A stretch of 63,541 nucleotides of DNA from Candidatus Dormiibacterota bacterium (GTDB taxonomy: Bacteria > Chloroflexota > Dormibacteria > Aeolococcales > Aeolococcaceae): contig DAINCY010000006.1 of assembly GCA_036732145.1 (NCBI GenBank), positions 1-63,541 on the forward strand, written 5' to 3'. The position numbers were made by a program, and so were the translations under genes. Under the pieces are notes generated by a model, which did no database searches, was not told the DNA's origin, and saw only the letters and a program-made list of their open reading frames with translations. Below are positions 1-9,803 of the stretch, piece after piece. The first letter of the stretch is position 1; each line of letters starts with the position of its first letter.

Positions 1-1
1 C

Positions 2-553
2 ATGCGCGATGAGGATGTGACCCACGCGGTTGACCGCCTTCGCGCGCTCGTCAACCAGTGTGCCCGGCTCGCCAGCCAGGTGACGGTGGACGAGCTGACC
101 GGGGCATTCCGCCGCGGGGCCGGCATGGCCGCTCTGCAGCGTGAGATCGATCGCACCCGCCGCCTTCCCGGCAAGGGCCTGGTCGTCATCTTCATCGACG
201 TCGACGGGCTCAAGGAGGTCAATGATCGCCACGGTCACGCGGCCGGCGATGAGAGGCTTCGCGCCACTGTGGCGGCCCTGCGTGAGCGGCTGCGCTCGTA
301 CGACCTGATCGTTCGGTACGGTGGTGACGAGTTCGTCTGCGTGCTCACTGACAGCGGTACCGCTGAGGCGGAGCGAACCGCAGTCGCACTGCGCGAGCAC
401 GTCCAGGCGGCCAGCGGCGGCACGATCAGCGTGGGCATCGCTGAGCTCGCGGCGGGCGACAGGGTCGATTCGCTCGTCGAGCGCGCCGACGCAGCACTGT
501 ACGCCGGACGGCGTGGCCGAGCCGCCCGGCCGGTGCGCACAGGACGCCGCTAG
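2..553 (+). CDS. GGDEF diguanylate cyclase domain protein (may be 5'-truncated by the window edge)
   Basis: DELTG, FIDVDGLKEVNDRHGHAAGD and RYGGDEF motifs. Confidence 0.9.
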   Translation: MRDEDVTHAVDRLRALVNQCARLASQVTVDELTGAFRRGAGMAALQREIDRTRRLPGKGLVVIFIDVDGLKEVNDRHGHAAGDERLRATVAALRERLRSYDLIVRYGGDEFVCVLTDSGTAEAERTAVALREHVQAASGGTISVGIAELAAGDRVDSLVERADAALYAGRRGRAARPVRTGRR

Positions 554-564
554 CTCCGATCGCC

Positions 565-1419
565 TCAGTGGCGCGGCATGCGCACGGCGATCGCCACGGC
601 CGCGCCGACGACGAAGAGGCCGTACTCCGCGATGACCGAACGCCGGCTGCCACGGCTGAGCAGCGCGGCTGCGACGCCGCGAAGGCCGTACCAGAGCACA
701 AGCAGCAGAGCGGCGCGGATGGTGTCTCGGCCGTTGGTGGGGAGCACCAAGACGAGCCCGGCCATGATCGCCGCGAGCACCACAGCGCCGCCGACGGCCG
801 CGCGGCCCCGCAACTCCTCGGTGAGCAGCGCGTCGGCGGAAACGAGAAGCACGCCGCATCCGCACAGGGCCGCGCCGGCTCCGGTCGGAAGCGGTCCGTC
901 GAAGGCGGCCAGAAGCAGCGGCGCGAGCACCGCGACACCGGCAGCGTCGCGGAGCAATCGGGTCGCCGTCCCCTCCCGTCCGGCGGCTCGCAGGCCTCCG
1001 AGATGGGGGATTCCCCCGATCACCAGCGCGGCGATGAAGCCGGCGGGAACCCGCACCGCGAGGTCAATGCTGCCGGCGAGCACGACCACGAAGGCCGCAA
1101 TCGCTGCTACCGGCAGACCGGTCGCAGCCAGCGCATGGCGCAGGTCCCTGCCATACACCAGCCGGTCGTAGACGGTCAGCGTCAGCGCGGTGGCGAGGGC
1201 GAGCGAGCCGCAGATGATCACACTGAGCCGCATCCCCAGGACCTGGGGGCGGAGTGCGGCGACGACCGCGCAGACCGCCATGCCGAGGGCGGTGTGAACC
1301 AGCGGCAATGGAACGTCAGCCAGCGAGTGCACCTCGCCGCCGATGCCAAGAGCCGCCCTGGCACTCTCCGCATAGAAGGCGTTGCCCCGGCTGCGGTGGG
1401 GGGGCGGGCGGTTATCCAC
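565..1419 (-). CDS. Hypothetical multi-pass membrane protein
   Basis: GTG start after an AGGGGAAG SD-like sequence; several hydrophobic helices; last gene of the metK-manC-pgm-cupin run. Confidence 0.7.
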   Translation of the reverse strand: MDNRPPPHRSRGNAFYAESARAALGIGGEVHSLADVPLPLVHTALGMAVCAVVAALRPQVLGMRLSVIICGSLALATALTLTVYDRLVYGRDLRHALAATGLPVAAIAAFVVVLAGSIDLAVRVPAGFIAALVIGGIPHLGGLRAAGREGTATRLLRDAAGVAVLAPLLLAAFDGPLPTGAGAALCGCGVLLVSADALLTEELRGRAAVGGAVVLAAIMAGLVLVLPTNGRDTIRAALLLVLWYGLRGVAAALLSRGSRRSVIAEYGLFVVGAAVAIAVRMPRH

Positions 1420-1421
1420 GG

Positions 1422-1455
1422 CTTCCCCTCACGCCGCCTCGGCGGCGAGGGGGAG
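1422..1455. other. GC-rich stem-loop between the cupin gene and the membrane-protein gene
   Basis: cgccgc (1432-1437) pairs with gcggcg (1442-1447), extended by cttcccct/agggggag; no U-tract. Confidence 0.5.
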
Positions 1456-1463
1456 GCGCAGGT

Positions 1464-1862
1464 TCAGGCTGTGCTGCTGCCCTCGCGTCCGTAGCTGTCC
1501 TCCAGACGCACCACGTCGTCGATCTCCGGAGAAGAGACTTCGAACAGGTCGGTGTCCTCCACACCGATGAAACGGTGGCGGCGCCCCGGCCGCACGCGGG
1601 CACTCATGCCCGCGGTCATGCGGTGCACGTGCAGCTCGCCGGCATCGTCCTCGAGCACGAGGTCGAGCAGACCAGAGGCGACGAAGATCGACTCTTCCTT
1701 CTGGACGTGGTACTGCAGGCTGAGCTGGTGCCCTTTGTTGATGTGGATGAGCTTGCCGAGGTAACGATCGGTGACCGCCCAGCGCAGCTCGTGGCCCCAC
1801 GGCTTCTCGACCCTGTCCGGCTGACCCCCACGTAGGTCCGAAGTCCCGCTCGTGTCACTCAT
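1464..1862 (-). CDS. Cupin-domain protein, type II mannose-6-phosphate isomerase-like
   Basis: VEKPWG...LSLQYHVQKEE...PGRRHR cupin motifs; start moved to ATG 1862 (MSDTSG). Confidence 0.85.
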   Translation of the reverse strand: MSDTSGTSDLRGGQPDRVEKPWGHELRWAVTDRYLGKLIHINKGHQLSLQYHVQKEESIFVASGLLDLVLEDDAGELHVHRMTAGMSARVRPGRRHRFIGVEDTDLFEVSSPEIDDVVRLEDSYGREGSSTA

Positions 1863-1876
1863 CCGCGGCTCGCGGA

Positions 1877-3313
1877 CTACTGCTGTTGTTGCACATCGAC
1901 ATGGTCCTCGAGAGCGGCAAGGAGGTCGTCGACGGCGGCGACCGAGGCTGCCTCGCTGTACACGCGCATCAGCGGTTCGGTGCCGCTCATGCGCATCAAA
2001 GCCCATGAGCCGTCAGCGAGATAGAACTTGAAACCGTCGTCGGTTCGGGTGCGCACCACCTCCTTGCCCGCGAGTTCGCGAGGAGCGTTTGCCTCCATGC
2101 GTTTGTAGACATCGGCCTTGCGCTTCTCATACCCGTCGCGGTCGAAACGGATGTCGTGTCGCTTGTACGCGTGAGGACCCACCAACTCGAGGAGGCGCGC
2201 GAGGATCTGGGACAGTGGCTGCTCGTATTCCACGATCATGTCGGCCACCATCAGCCCGGCAAGAATCCCGTCGCGCTCGGGAATGTGTCCTCGAAAGGCG
2301 AAGCCACCTGACTCCTCGCCCCCCAGCAGCGCGTCGGTCTCGCGCATGGTGGCGCCGATGTATTTGAAACCGACCGGCATCTCGTGGACGGTGACGCCGA
2401 ATCGCTCTCCCAGCATGTCGACCATGTTGGTGGTCGTCAACGAGCGCACGATGTCTCCGCGCAGGCCCCGCCGTTCGAGCAGGTACATGGTGAACAGCGC
2501 CATCACCTCGAGCTGGTTCACATAACGCCCGGTTTCGTCGATGATCCCCACACGGTCGGCGTCACCGTCGTTGGCGACGAGCACGTCGTGGTGGCCCTCG
2601 GCCATCAGTGCCATCGCCTCGGGCATGTAGCGGTCGATGGGTTCGGGGTGCATGCCGCCGAAGCCGGGATTGCGATCACCGTGCAGCTCGGTCACCGTGG
2701 TGCTGCCGCCATCAAGCACCCGCGCCAGCAGCCCGGCTCCGGCACCGTACATCGCCTCATGAGCCACCTTGAGTCCGGCGCCGCGGAGCCTGTCGAGGTC
2801 GACCATGCGACCGAGCTGGGCGGAGTACGAAGGCAGCGGGTCGATCAGCTCGACCCTGCCCGAGGCGACCGCCTCATCGAAGGGCATGGCGGTGACGCCT
2901 TCCGACAACGCTCTGGCGGTGTTCTTCTCCAACTCCGCCACCACCTCCGGAGAGGCCGAACCTCCGAAGTCCGGCTTGTACTTGAGCCCGTTGAACTCCA
3001 TCGGGTTGTGGCTGGCGGTGACGACGACTCCACCGGCGGCGCCCTTCTCCACCACCATCCACGACACCGCGGGGGTCGGGGTGACCCGGTCGAGCAGGAT
3101 GACGCTGCGCCCGTTGGCCGCGAGAACGCGGGCGACCTCGCGGGCGAACAGCTCCGCGCAGTAGCGGGCGTCGTGGCCGACCACCACGGGGCGGGTTTCG
3201 CCGTCGAGGTGGGCGGCGACGCCCTGCGCAACCGCGCGGACATTCGCATACGTGAAGTCGTCACCGACCACCGCTCGCCAGCCGTCCGTCCCAAAGTTGA
3301 TCTCAGCTGCCAT
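1877..3313 (-). CDS. Phosphoglucomutase/phosphomannomutase
   Basis: FGTDGWR, TASHNP (phosphoserine), DGDADR, GGEESGG, RMSGTEP. Confidence 0.95.
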   Translation of the reverse strand: MAAEINFGTDGWRAVVGDDFTYANVRAVAQGVAAHLDGETRPVVVGHDARYCAELFAREVARVLAANGRSVILLDRVTPTPAVSWMVVEKGAAGGVVVTASHNPMEFNGLKYKPDFGGSASPEVVAELEKNTARALSEGVTAMPFDEAVASGRVELIDPLPSYSAQLGRMVDLDRLRGAGLKVAHEAMYGAGAGLLARVLDGGSTTVTELHGDRNPGFGGMHPEPIDRYMPEAMALMAEGHHDVLVANDGDADRVGIIDETGRYVNQLEVMALFTMYLLERRGLRGDIVRSLTTTNMVDMLGERFGVTVHEMPVGFKYIGATMRETDALLGGEESGGFAFRGHIPERDGILAGLMVADMIVEYEQPLSQILARLLELVGPHAYKRHDIRFDRDGYEKRKADVYKRMEANAPRELAGKEVVRTRTDDGFKFYLADGSWALMRMSGTEPLMRVYSEAASVAAVDDLLAALEDHVDVQQQQ

Positions 3314-3354
3314 CAGCGGGCATTCTGGCCGATGCGAGCGCACTCCGGCGCCGG

Positions 3355-4494
3355 TCAGAGAAGCTCGGTCCGGCCGTCCTCGCGGAGCCGTTCGACGACC
3401 GCCCTGACCCGCTGGGCGGCGGTCGCCGGCATGACCAGCACGCTGTCGCCGGTGTCCACGACCACCAGTCCGTCAACACCCAGGACCGCCACTGTTCGTC
3501 CTCCACGTGACTCCACGAGGCAGTCGTGGGCATCGACGAGAAGAGTGTCACCGGTGGCGACGTTGCCGTCGGCGTCCGTGTCCGCCCCGCGGGCGGCCAT
3601 GAGGTCCGTCCATGTGCCCAGGTCCGACCAGTCGAAGCCGGCACGGACAACTGTGAGACGGCCGGTTCGTTCCAGCAGAAGGGGCTCGATGGCGAGCGAG
3701 GGCAGTGACGCGTAGAGCTCCGAGGCGCGGTCCTCGTGACCGCCGGCGCGCTCCTCGACCACCTCGCCAAGGCGGGCGTCAAGGGCGGGGTCAGCCGCGG
3801 CCAGCTCTTCCAGAAAAGCGCGGGCCGACCAGGCGAAGAGTCCGGGGTTCCAGAGGTGGCCGCCGCGCGCGAGGAAGGCCGTGGCACGTTCCAGTGAGGG
3901 CTTCTCCACAAAGGCGGCCGCATGAGCCGCGGGCAGCGCCGCGGCGGCGGCGAGGAGGACAGGGTCCGCGGACGCTGCAGGGGGCGGCACCCAGGCGTCC
4001 GGTGGCTCGGGCTCACCCACCTCGATGTAACCCAGCCCAATGGCAGGGTATGAGGGAGTGAGCCCGACGGCCGCCAGCCCACCAGTGGCTGCCGCCCACC
4101 CGGCCGCTGCCAGGATGGCCACCCGGTAAGCCTCGGCGTCCGCGACGTGGGCGTCGGCATGGACCGATACGATCAAGGCGCCGGGGTCGCTGCGGGCGAT
4201 CTGGTGGACGGCCAGGCCGAGCGCCGGTCCGGTTCCGCGGGGCCTCGGTTCGGCGATCGCGGACAGCTGGGCGGACGCGCTGCCTTCAAGGGCCGCAGCG
4301 CAGCCGGCCACCTGGGCGCTGGCGGTGACCACATGGATGGCGCCGCCGAGCGGAGCCACGCGGTCCACCGTGGTGCGCAGCAGCGACTGGCCCTGCGCCC
4401 CCAGCGGGAGCAGGTGCTTGGGCAGCGATTCGCGGCTGAGCGGCCACAGCCGGGTGCCGCTGCCACCCGCAAGGACCAGGATGTGGAGTGCCAC
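3355..4494 (-). CDS. manC: Mannose-1-phosphate guanylyltransferase
   Basis: LAGGSGTRLWPLSR..PKH, FVEKP, WNPGLF, WSDLGTW. Confidence 0.9.
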   Translation of the reverse strand: MALHILVLAGGSGTRLWPLSRESLPKHLLPLGAQGQSLLRTTVDRVAPLGGAIHVVTASAQVAGCAAALEGSASAQLSAIAEPRPRGTGPALGLAVHQIARSDPGALIVSVHADAHVADAEAYRVAILAAAGWAAATGGLAAVGLTPSYPAIGLGYIEVGEPEPPDAWVPPPAASADPVLLAAAAALPAAHAAAFVEKPSLERATAFLARGGHLWNPGLFAWSARAFLEELAAADPALDARLGEVVEERAGGHEDRASELYASLPSLAIEPLLLERTGRLTVVRAGFDWSDLGTWTDLMAARGADTDADGNVATGDTLLVDAHDCLVESRGGRTVAVLGVDGLVVVDTGDSVLVMPATAAQRVRAVVERLREDGRTELL

Positions 4495-4529
4495 GGCCGC
4501 GATGATGCCCGAGGAGCCGCAGCCGCCGG

Positions 4530-5714
<1,185 letters not shown>

Positions 5715-5927
5715 GGTCTCCCTCCGATCCCACCGGTGGCCACCCCGGCGCCCAGTGCGCCGGCGCCCGCTCCTGTCCGGGATCGGCCGATGGTACCAGT
5801 GCGGCGCTCCGCGAGATCGAATCTCGATCGACGGGGTGGTGGCGACCGAACCCGTGACCGTGTACTGTTATCCGCACGTATCACTTATGACCGGGCGCCC
5901 AAACGTCCCGGCGGAGGACCTTGGCGC

Positions 5928-6266
5928 GTGCCGGTAGACCAGACCCTGCGTTGCCGCGAGTGCGGCGTTGACTTCATTTGGACCGAGGGAGAGCAGGAGT
6001 TCTTCGCCTCCCGCGGTCTGACCAATCCTCCCTCTCGCTGCCCGAGCTGTCGCGCAGCGCGGCGGGCCGCTTCCGGTGGCTCCGGCGGCGGAGGCGGCTA
6101 CGGTGGCGGTGGTGGCGGCGGCGGCTACGGTGCCCGTTCCACCGGACCGCGCCAGATGTACGAGGTGACCTGCGCAGGGTGCGGTGGCATCGCGCGCGTC
6201 CCCTTCCAGCCACGAGGTGACAAGCCCGTCTACTGCAGCGACTGCTTCCGGCCCTCGGGCCGTTGA
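5928..6266 (+). CDS. Zinc-ribbon / CxxC-x17-CxxC domain protein
   Basis: CRECG..FIWTEGEQEFFASRG..PSRCPSC, Gly-rich linker, CAGC...PFQPRGDKPVYCSDC; GTG 5928 with GGAGG at 5913. Confidence 0.9.
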   Translation: MPVDQTLRCRECGVDFIWTEGEQEFFASRGLTNPPSRCPSCRAARRAASGGSGGGGGYGGGGGGGGYGARSTGPRQMYEVTCAGCGGIARVPFQPRGDKPVYCSDCFRPSGR

Positions 6267-6544
6267 GCGATGCCGCGCCCGATGGCGCCATCGCGATCGG
6301 CAGCAGAGTGACCTTCCCGTACGGCGGCAGCCGCCGTACGGGGACCGTCTCCGACGTGTCGGTCCTGCCGGACGCAACGGGCAGCCGGACGGTGTCGTAT
6401 CTCATCGACGTGGGCACCCGCAAGGTCTTCGTGCAGGGTGATGGCATCCAGCTGGCCAGCAACGCCCCCGTGGCTGCGTTCGACGCAGTCGCGGAGGGTG
6501 TCGCCTACGGCCGCAAGCGGCCCCGCAACCCTCGCCGGCGCTGA
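6263..6544 (+). CDS. Small hypothetical protein (SH3/Tudor-like beta pattern, basic tail)
   Basis: TTGA overlap with the upstream stop; IGSRVTF...GTV...YLIDV beta-barrel-like pattern. Confidence 0.6.
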   Translation: MSDAAPDGAIAIGSRVTFPYGGSRRTGTVSDVSVLPDATGSRTVSYLIDVGTRKVFVQGDGIQLASNAPVAAFDAVAEGVAYGRKRPRNPRRR

Positions 6545-6677
6545 GGACGCTGCGGCCTTTCCGGTGGCGTAGCACCCGCGTCACGGCCGTGGTTGTTGGC
6601 GCCGTTGGGCGTACTCTCTGGTGATGGAGAGCCACTAACCGCGTCCCAGACGCGTCAATCGCTCACGGCTGCGGGTC

Positions 6678-7277
6678 GTGCTCATGGCCCTCGGGCTGGC
6701 CGCCATCCTCACCGGCGTCGGTCTGGTGACCCTGCCGCTGCTCGGCGTCTGGCAGCGTGGCCACGCCGACCAGACCGCTCTCAGCTCATGGCAGAAGGGG
6801 GGCTCGAATTTGCTTGCCGGCCCGCCGGCGACCAGCACGGCCGCTCCACGGCAGGTCTCCTGTGGCTCGGGATCACCCGCCGACTATGCGCTGGTGACGT
6901 TCGGGGCGCCCGCCGCCGAGCACTACGGCGGAGTGGCCACCGACGGCACCTGGGACTCGCTGCACAACCGCTCGATGGTCCATTACACAGGCACCCCGGC
7001 TCCCGGCGAGCAGGGCAACTCGATCGTCGCCTTCCACCGTGAACCGGACTACGAGCACATCGACCAGCTCAACATCGGAGACACGGTCAGTGTCCAGGAC
7101 CGCTCCTGCCACACCTTCGTCTACAAGGTCACCGGTCGCTGGGTCCTCGATCCCAGCCGGGTCTCTCAGCTCGTGCCAACCTCGGGCCACGACCTCACCC
7201 TGATCACCTGCACGCCCTTCTGGGTCGACAGCCAGCGCATCGTGTGGCGCGCCAGTCTGGTGGCCCCCACCAGCTAG
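6678..7277 (+). CDS. Sortase; the true start may be ATG 6624, which is interrupted by TAA at 6636-6638
   Basis: N-terminal TM anchor, FHR (His), TLITC (Cys), SQRIV (Arg). Confidence 0.88.
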   Translation: MLMALGLAAILTGVGLVTLPLLGVWQRGHADQTALSSWQKGGSNLLAGPPATSTAAPRQVSCGSGSPADYALVTFGAPAAEHYGGVATDGTWDSLHNRSMVHYTGTPAPGEQGNSIVAFHREPDYEHIDQLNIGDTVSVQDRSCHTFVYKVTGRWVLDPSRVSQLVPTSGHDLTLITCTPFWVDSQRIVWRASLVAPTS

Positions 7278-7283
7278 GACCGA

Positions 7284-8138
7284 TCAGCCGCCCTGGCCCA
7301 TCCGCTCCAGGCGGGCGACGCGCTCCGCGAGCGGAGGGTGGGTGGAGAACAGAGCCGCCAGCGAGGCGCGGCGGTTGCCGAACGGGTTGACAATGTACAG
7401 CGGTGCCAGCGCCGGAGCCACCTGCATGGGGACCACCGCCGTGCGTGCCTCGAGCTTGCGGAGCGCGTCGGCCAGCGCCATGGGATCGTGGGAGAGGACG
7501 GCGCCGTCGTGGTCGGCCTCGTATTCCCGCGCTCGGCTGATGGCCAGCTGAATGATCGCCGCTGCGGGCGCGGCCAGGAATGCCACCAACAGCGTGACCA
7601 GGATCTGCCCTCCGCTCTCCTCCTCCTCGCCGCCGAAGAAGAAGAGGGAGAACTGTGCGATCTGGGCGATGATCGAGATGCCGAGCGCGATGGTCGCCGC
7701 CGTTGACGCGGTGAGGATGTCGCGATTGCGCACGTGACTCAGCTCATGCGAGAGCACTCCGCGGATCTCGCGGGAGCTGCAGAGGTTGAGGATCCCGGTT
7801 GTGCAGCACACCGCCGCGTGGGCGGGATTGCGGCCGGTTGCGAAGGCATTTGGAGAGGGGTCGTCGCTGATGTAGACCCGCGGTTTGGGCATTCCCGCCG
7901 CGGCCGCAAGTTCGGCGACGATCTGGTGCAGCTCGGGCGCTTGCTGCGGCGACACCTCGACGGCGTGAGCCGCTCGCATGGCGATGCTGTCGCTCTTCCA
8001 GTAGGAGATGGCGTTGACGGCGAGCGCGAGGACAGCCGCCACGATCAGGCCGCCTTGGTGGCCCACAAGGCCGCCGACGATCAGGAAGAGGGCGTCGAGC
8101 AGGGCCAGAAGGAGGGCGGTCTTGATGTTCTGCCACAT
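7284..8138 (-). CDS. htpX: M48 zinc metalloprotease HtpX
   Basis: PNAFATGRNP, VLSHELSH, ISRAREYEAD, LFSTHPP; start moved to ATG 8138. Confidence 0.95.
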   Translation of the reverse strand: MWQNIKTALLLALLDALFLIVGGLVGHQGGLIVAAVLALAVNAISYWKSDSIAMRAAHAVEVSPQQAPELHQIVAELAAAAGMPKPRVYISDDPSPNAFATGRNPAHAAVCCTTGILNLCSSREIRGVLSHELSHVRNRDILTASTAATIALGISIIAQIAQFSLFFFGGEEEESGGQILVTLLVAFLAAPAAAIIQLAISRAREYEADHDGAVLSHDPMALADALRKLEARTAVVPMQVAPALAPLYIVNPFGNRRASLAALFSTHPPLAERVARLERMGQGG

Positions 8139-8237
8139 GCTCGTAGAGTACCCGGCCCGACGGTCGGTCAAGCACCGGTGGCATCTCGACATGCTCACCG
8201 GCGACACCGTCCTGCGCACCCGCTGAAGGACGCGCCC

Positions 8238-9803
8238 CTAGGTGGGGAAGTTGCCGTGATGCCGCGGTGGGTCGTCTCGCGCTCGCGTTGCGTACGCTGC
8301 AAACCGGCGCACAAGCTCCTCACGCAGGTGCGCGGGATTCACCACCGCGTCAACTACGAGCTCGTCCGCGAGCCGGTAGATGTCGATGTCCTCGCGATAC
8401 TCCTCCTGCAACGCCTGCACGAAGCCCGCGCGCTCCGCCTCGGGCAGCTCCTGGATGCGGTTGTAGTACACCGCGTTCACGGCTGCCTCCGGGCCCATCA
8501 CGGCGATCTGCGCAGACGGCAGCGCCAGCGTGCAGTCGGGATCGAATGCGGGTCCGCACATCGCGTACAGCCCTGCTCCGTATGCCTTGCGCAGCACCAC
8601 GCAGATCTTGGGGACACTCGCCTGGCTCAGCGCTGCGATCATCTTGGCGCCGTGGCGGATGATTCCCTGGCGCTCGACGGCGGTCCCGATCATGAAACCG
8701 GGCACGTCGGCGAGAAACAGAAGTGGGATGTTGAAAGCGTCGCAGCATGTGATGAAGCGCGCCGCCTTGTCCGCGGAATCCACGAACAGCACGCCGCCCT
8801 TGAACCGCGGCTGTGAGGCGAGGACGCCGACGGCGCGACCGTCGATGCGCGCGAAACCGGTGACCAGCTCGCGTGCGAAGAGACGCTTGATCTCGAAGAA
8901 GGAGCCGGCGTCCACCAATCCCGTGATCACCGCCTGCACGTCGTAGCCGCGTGCAGGCTCGAGCGGGATGATCTCTTCGATCGATGCTGCGTCCACGGGC
9001 GGCGGCAGCGCCGCCACCGGGGCGACCGTATTGCGCCACGACGACGGCATGTACGACAGGTAGCGCCGTGCTGCCGCAATGGCCTCGTCCTCGGTGGAGG
9101 CGAGGATGTCGCCGCAGCCGCTCACACTGCAGTGCATACGCGCTCCGCCCATCTCCTCGAGCGTCACCTTCTCACCCACCACCACCTCGGCCATCCGCGG
9201 CGAGCCCAGGTACATGGATGCATTGCCCTCGACCATGATGACTGCGTCGCAGAACGCCGGAATGTAGGCGCCGCCCGCGGCCGACGGGCCGAAGAGGACA
9301 CACAGCTGCGGTACCTGCCCCGACAGGCGCACCTGCATGCGGAAGATACGCCCGGCGTGGCGGCGGCCCGGGAACATCGCCACCTGGTCGGTGATGCGTG
9401 CTCCGGCGGAATCCACCAGGTACACGAGGGGGATCTGCAGACGTTCGGCGACTTCCAGGGTGCGCACGATCTTCTCGACGGTGCGAGCGCCCCAGCTTCC
9501 CGCCTTCACTGACGGGTCGTTGGCCATGACCGCACATGGCCGGCCACCCAGGGTGCCGATGCCCGTGACGACCCCGTCGGAGGGCAGGTCGGCGGCGAGA
9601 TTGTTGGCCAGCAGCCCGTCTTCAACGAAGGCGCTGCCATCGTCGAACAGTCTGGCGATCCGTTCGCGCGGCATCAGCTTGTTCTGCTGTTGGAGTTTGG
9701 CTCGCGCTTTCTCCGAGCCGCCACTGCGCGCCCGTGTCAGCCGCCTCTCCAGGTCAGAAGCGTCGTGCGATATGGACCCGCTCGAGGACGCGACGTCGGT
9801 CAT
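8238..9803 (-). CDS. Acyl-CoA carboxylase carboxyltransferase subunit (methylcrotonyl-CoA carboxylase beta-like)
   Basis: ANDPSVKAGSWG, VDSAGARI, GPSAAGGAY, ADVPGFMIG, RKAYGAG; start ATG 9803. Confidence 0.92.
   Translation of the reverse strand: MTDVASSSGSISHDASDLERRLTRARSGGSEKARAKLQQQNKLMPRERIARLFDDGSAFVEDGLLANNLAADLPSDGVVTGIGTLGGRPCAVMANDPSVKAGSWGARTVEKIVRTLEVAERLQIPLVYLVDSAGARITDQVAMFPGRRHAGRIFRMQVRLSGQVPQLCVLFGPSAAGGAYIPAFCDAVIMVEGNASMYLGSPRMAEVVVGEKVTLEEMGGARMHCSVSGCGDILASTEDEAIAAARRYLSYMPSSWRNTVAPVAALPPPVDAASIEEIIPLEPARGYDVQAVITGLVDAGSFFEIKRLFARELVTGFARIDGRAVGVLASQPRFKGGVLFVDSADKAARFITCCDAFNIPLLFLADVPGFMIGTAVERQGIIRHGAKMIAALSQASVPKICVVLRKAYGAGLYAMCGPAFDPDCTLALPSAQIAVMGPEAAVNAVYYNRIQELPEAERAGFVQALQEEYREDIDIYRLADELVVDAVVNPAHLREELVRRFAAYATRARDDPPRHHGNFPT

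Noticed and set aside
6080-6130. GGC/GGT-rich simple repeat
   Set aside because: Encodes the Gly-rich linker of the zinc-ribbon protein
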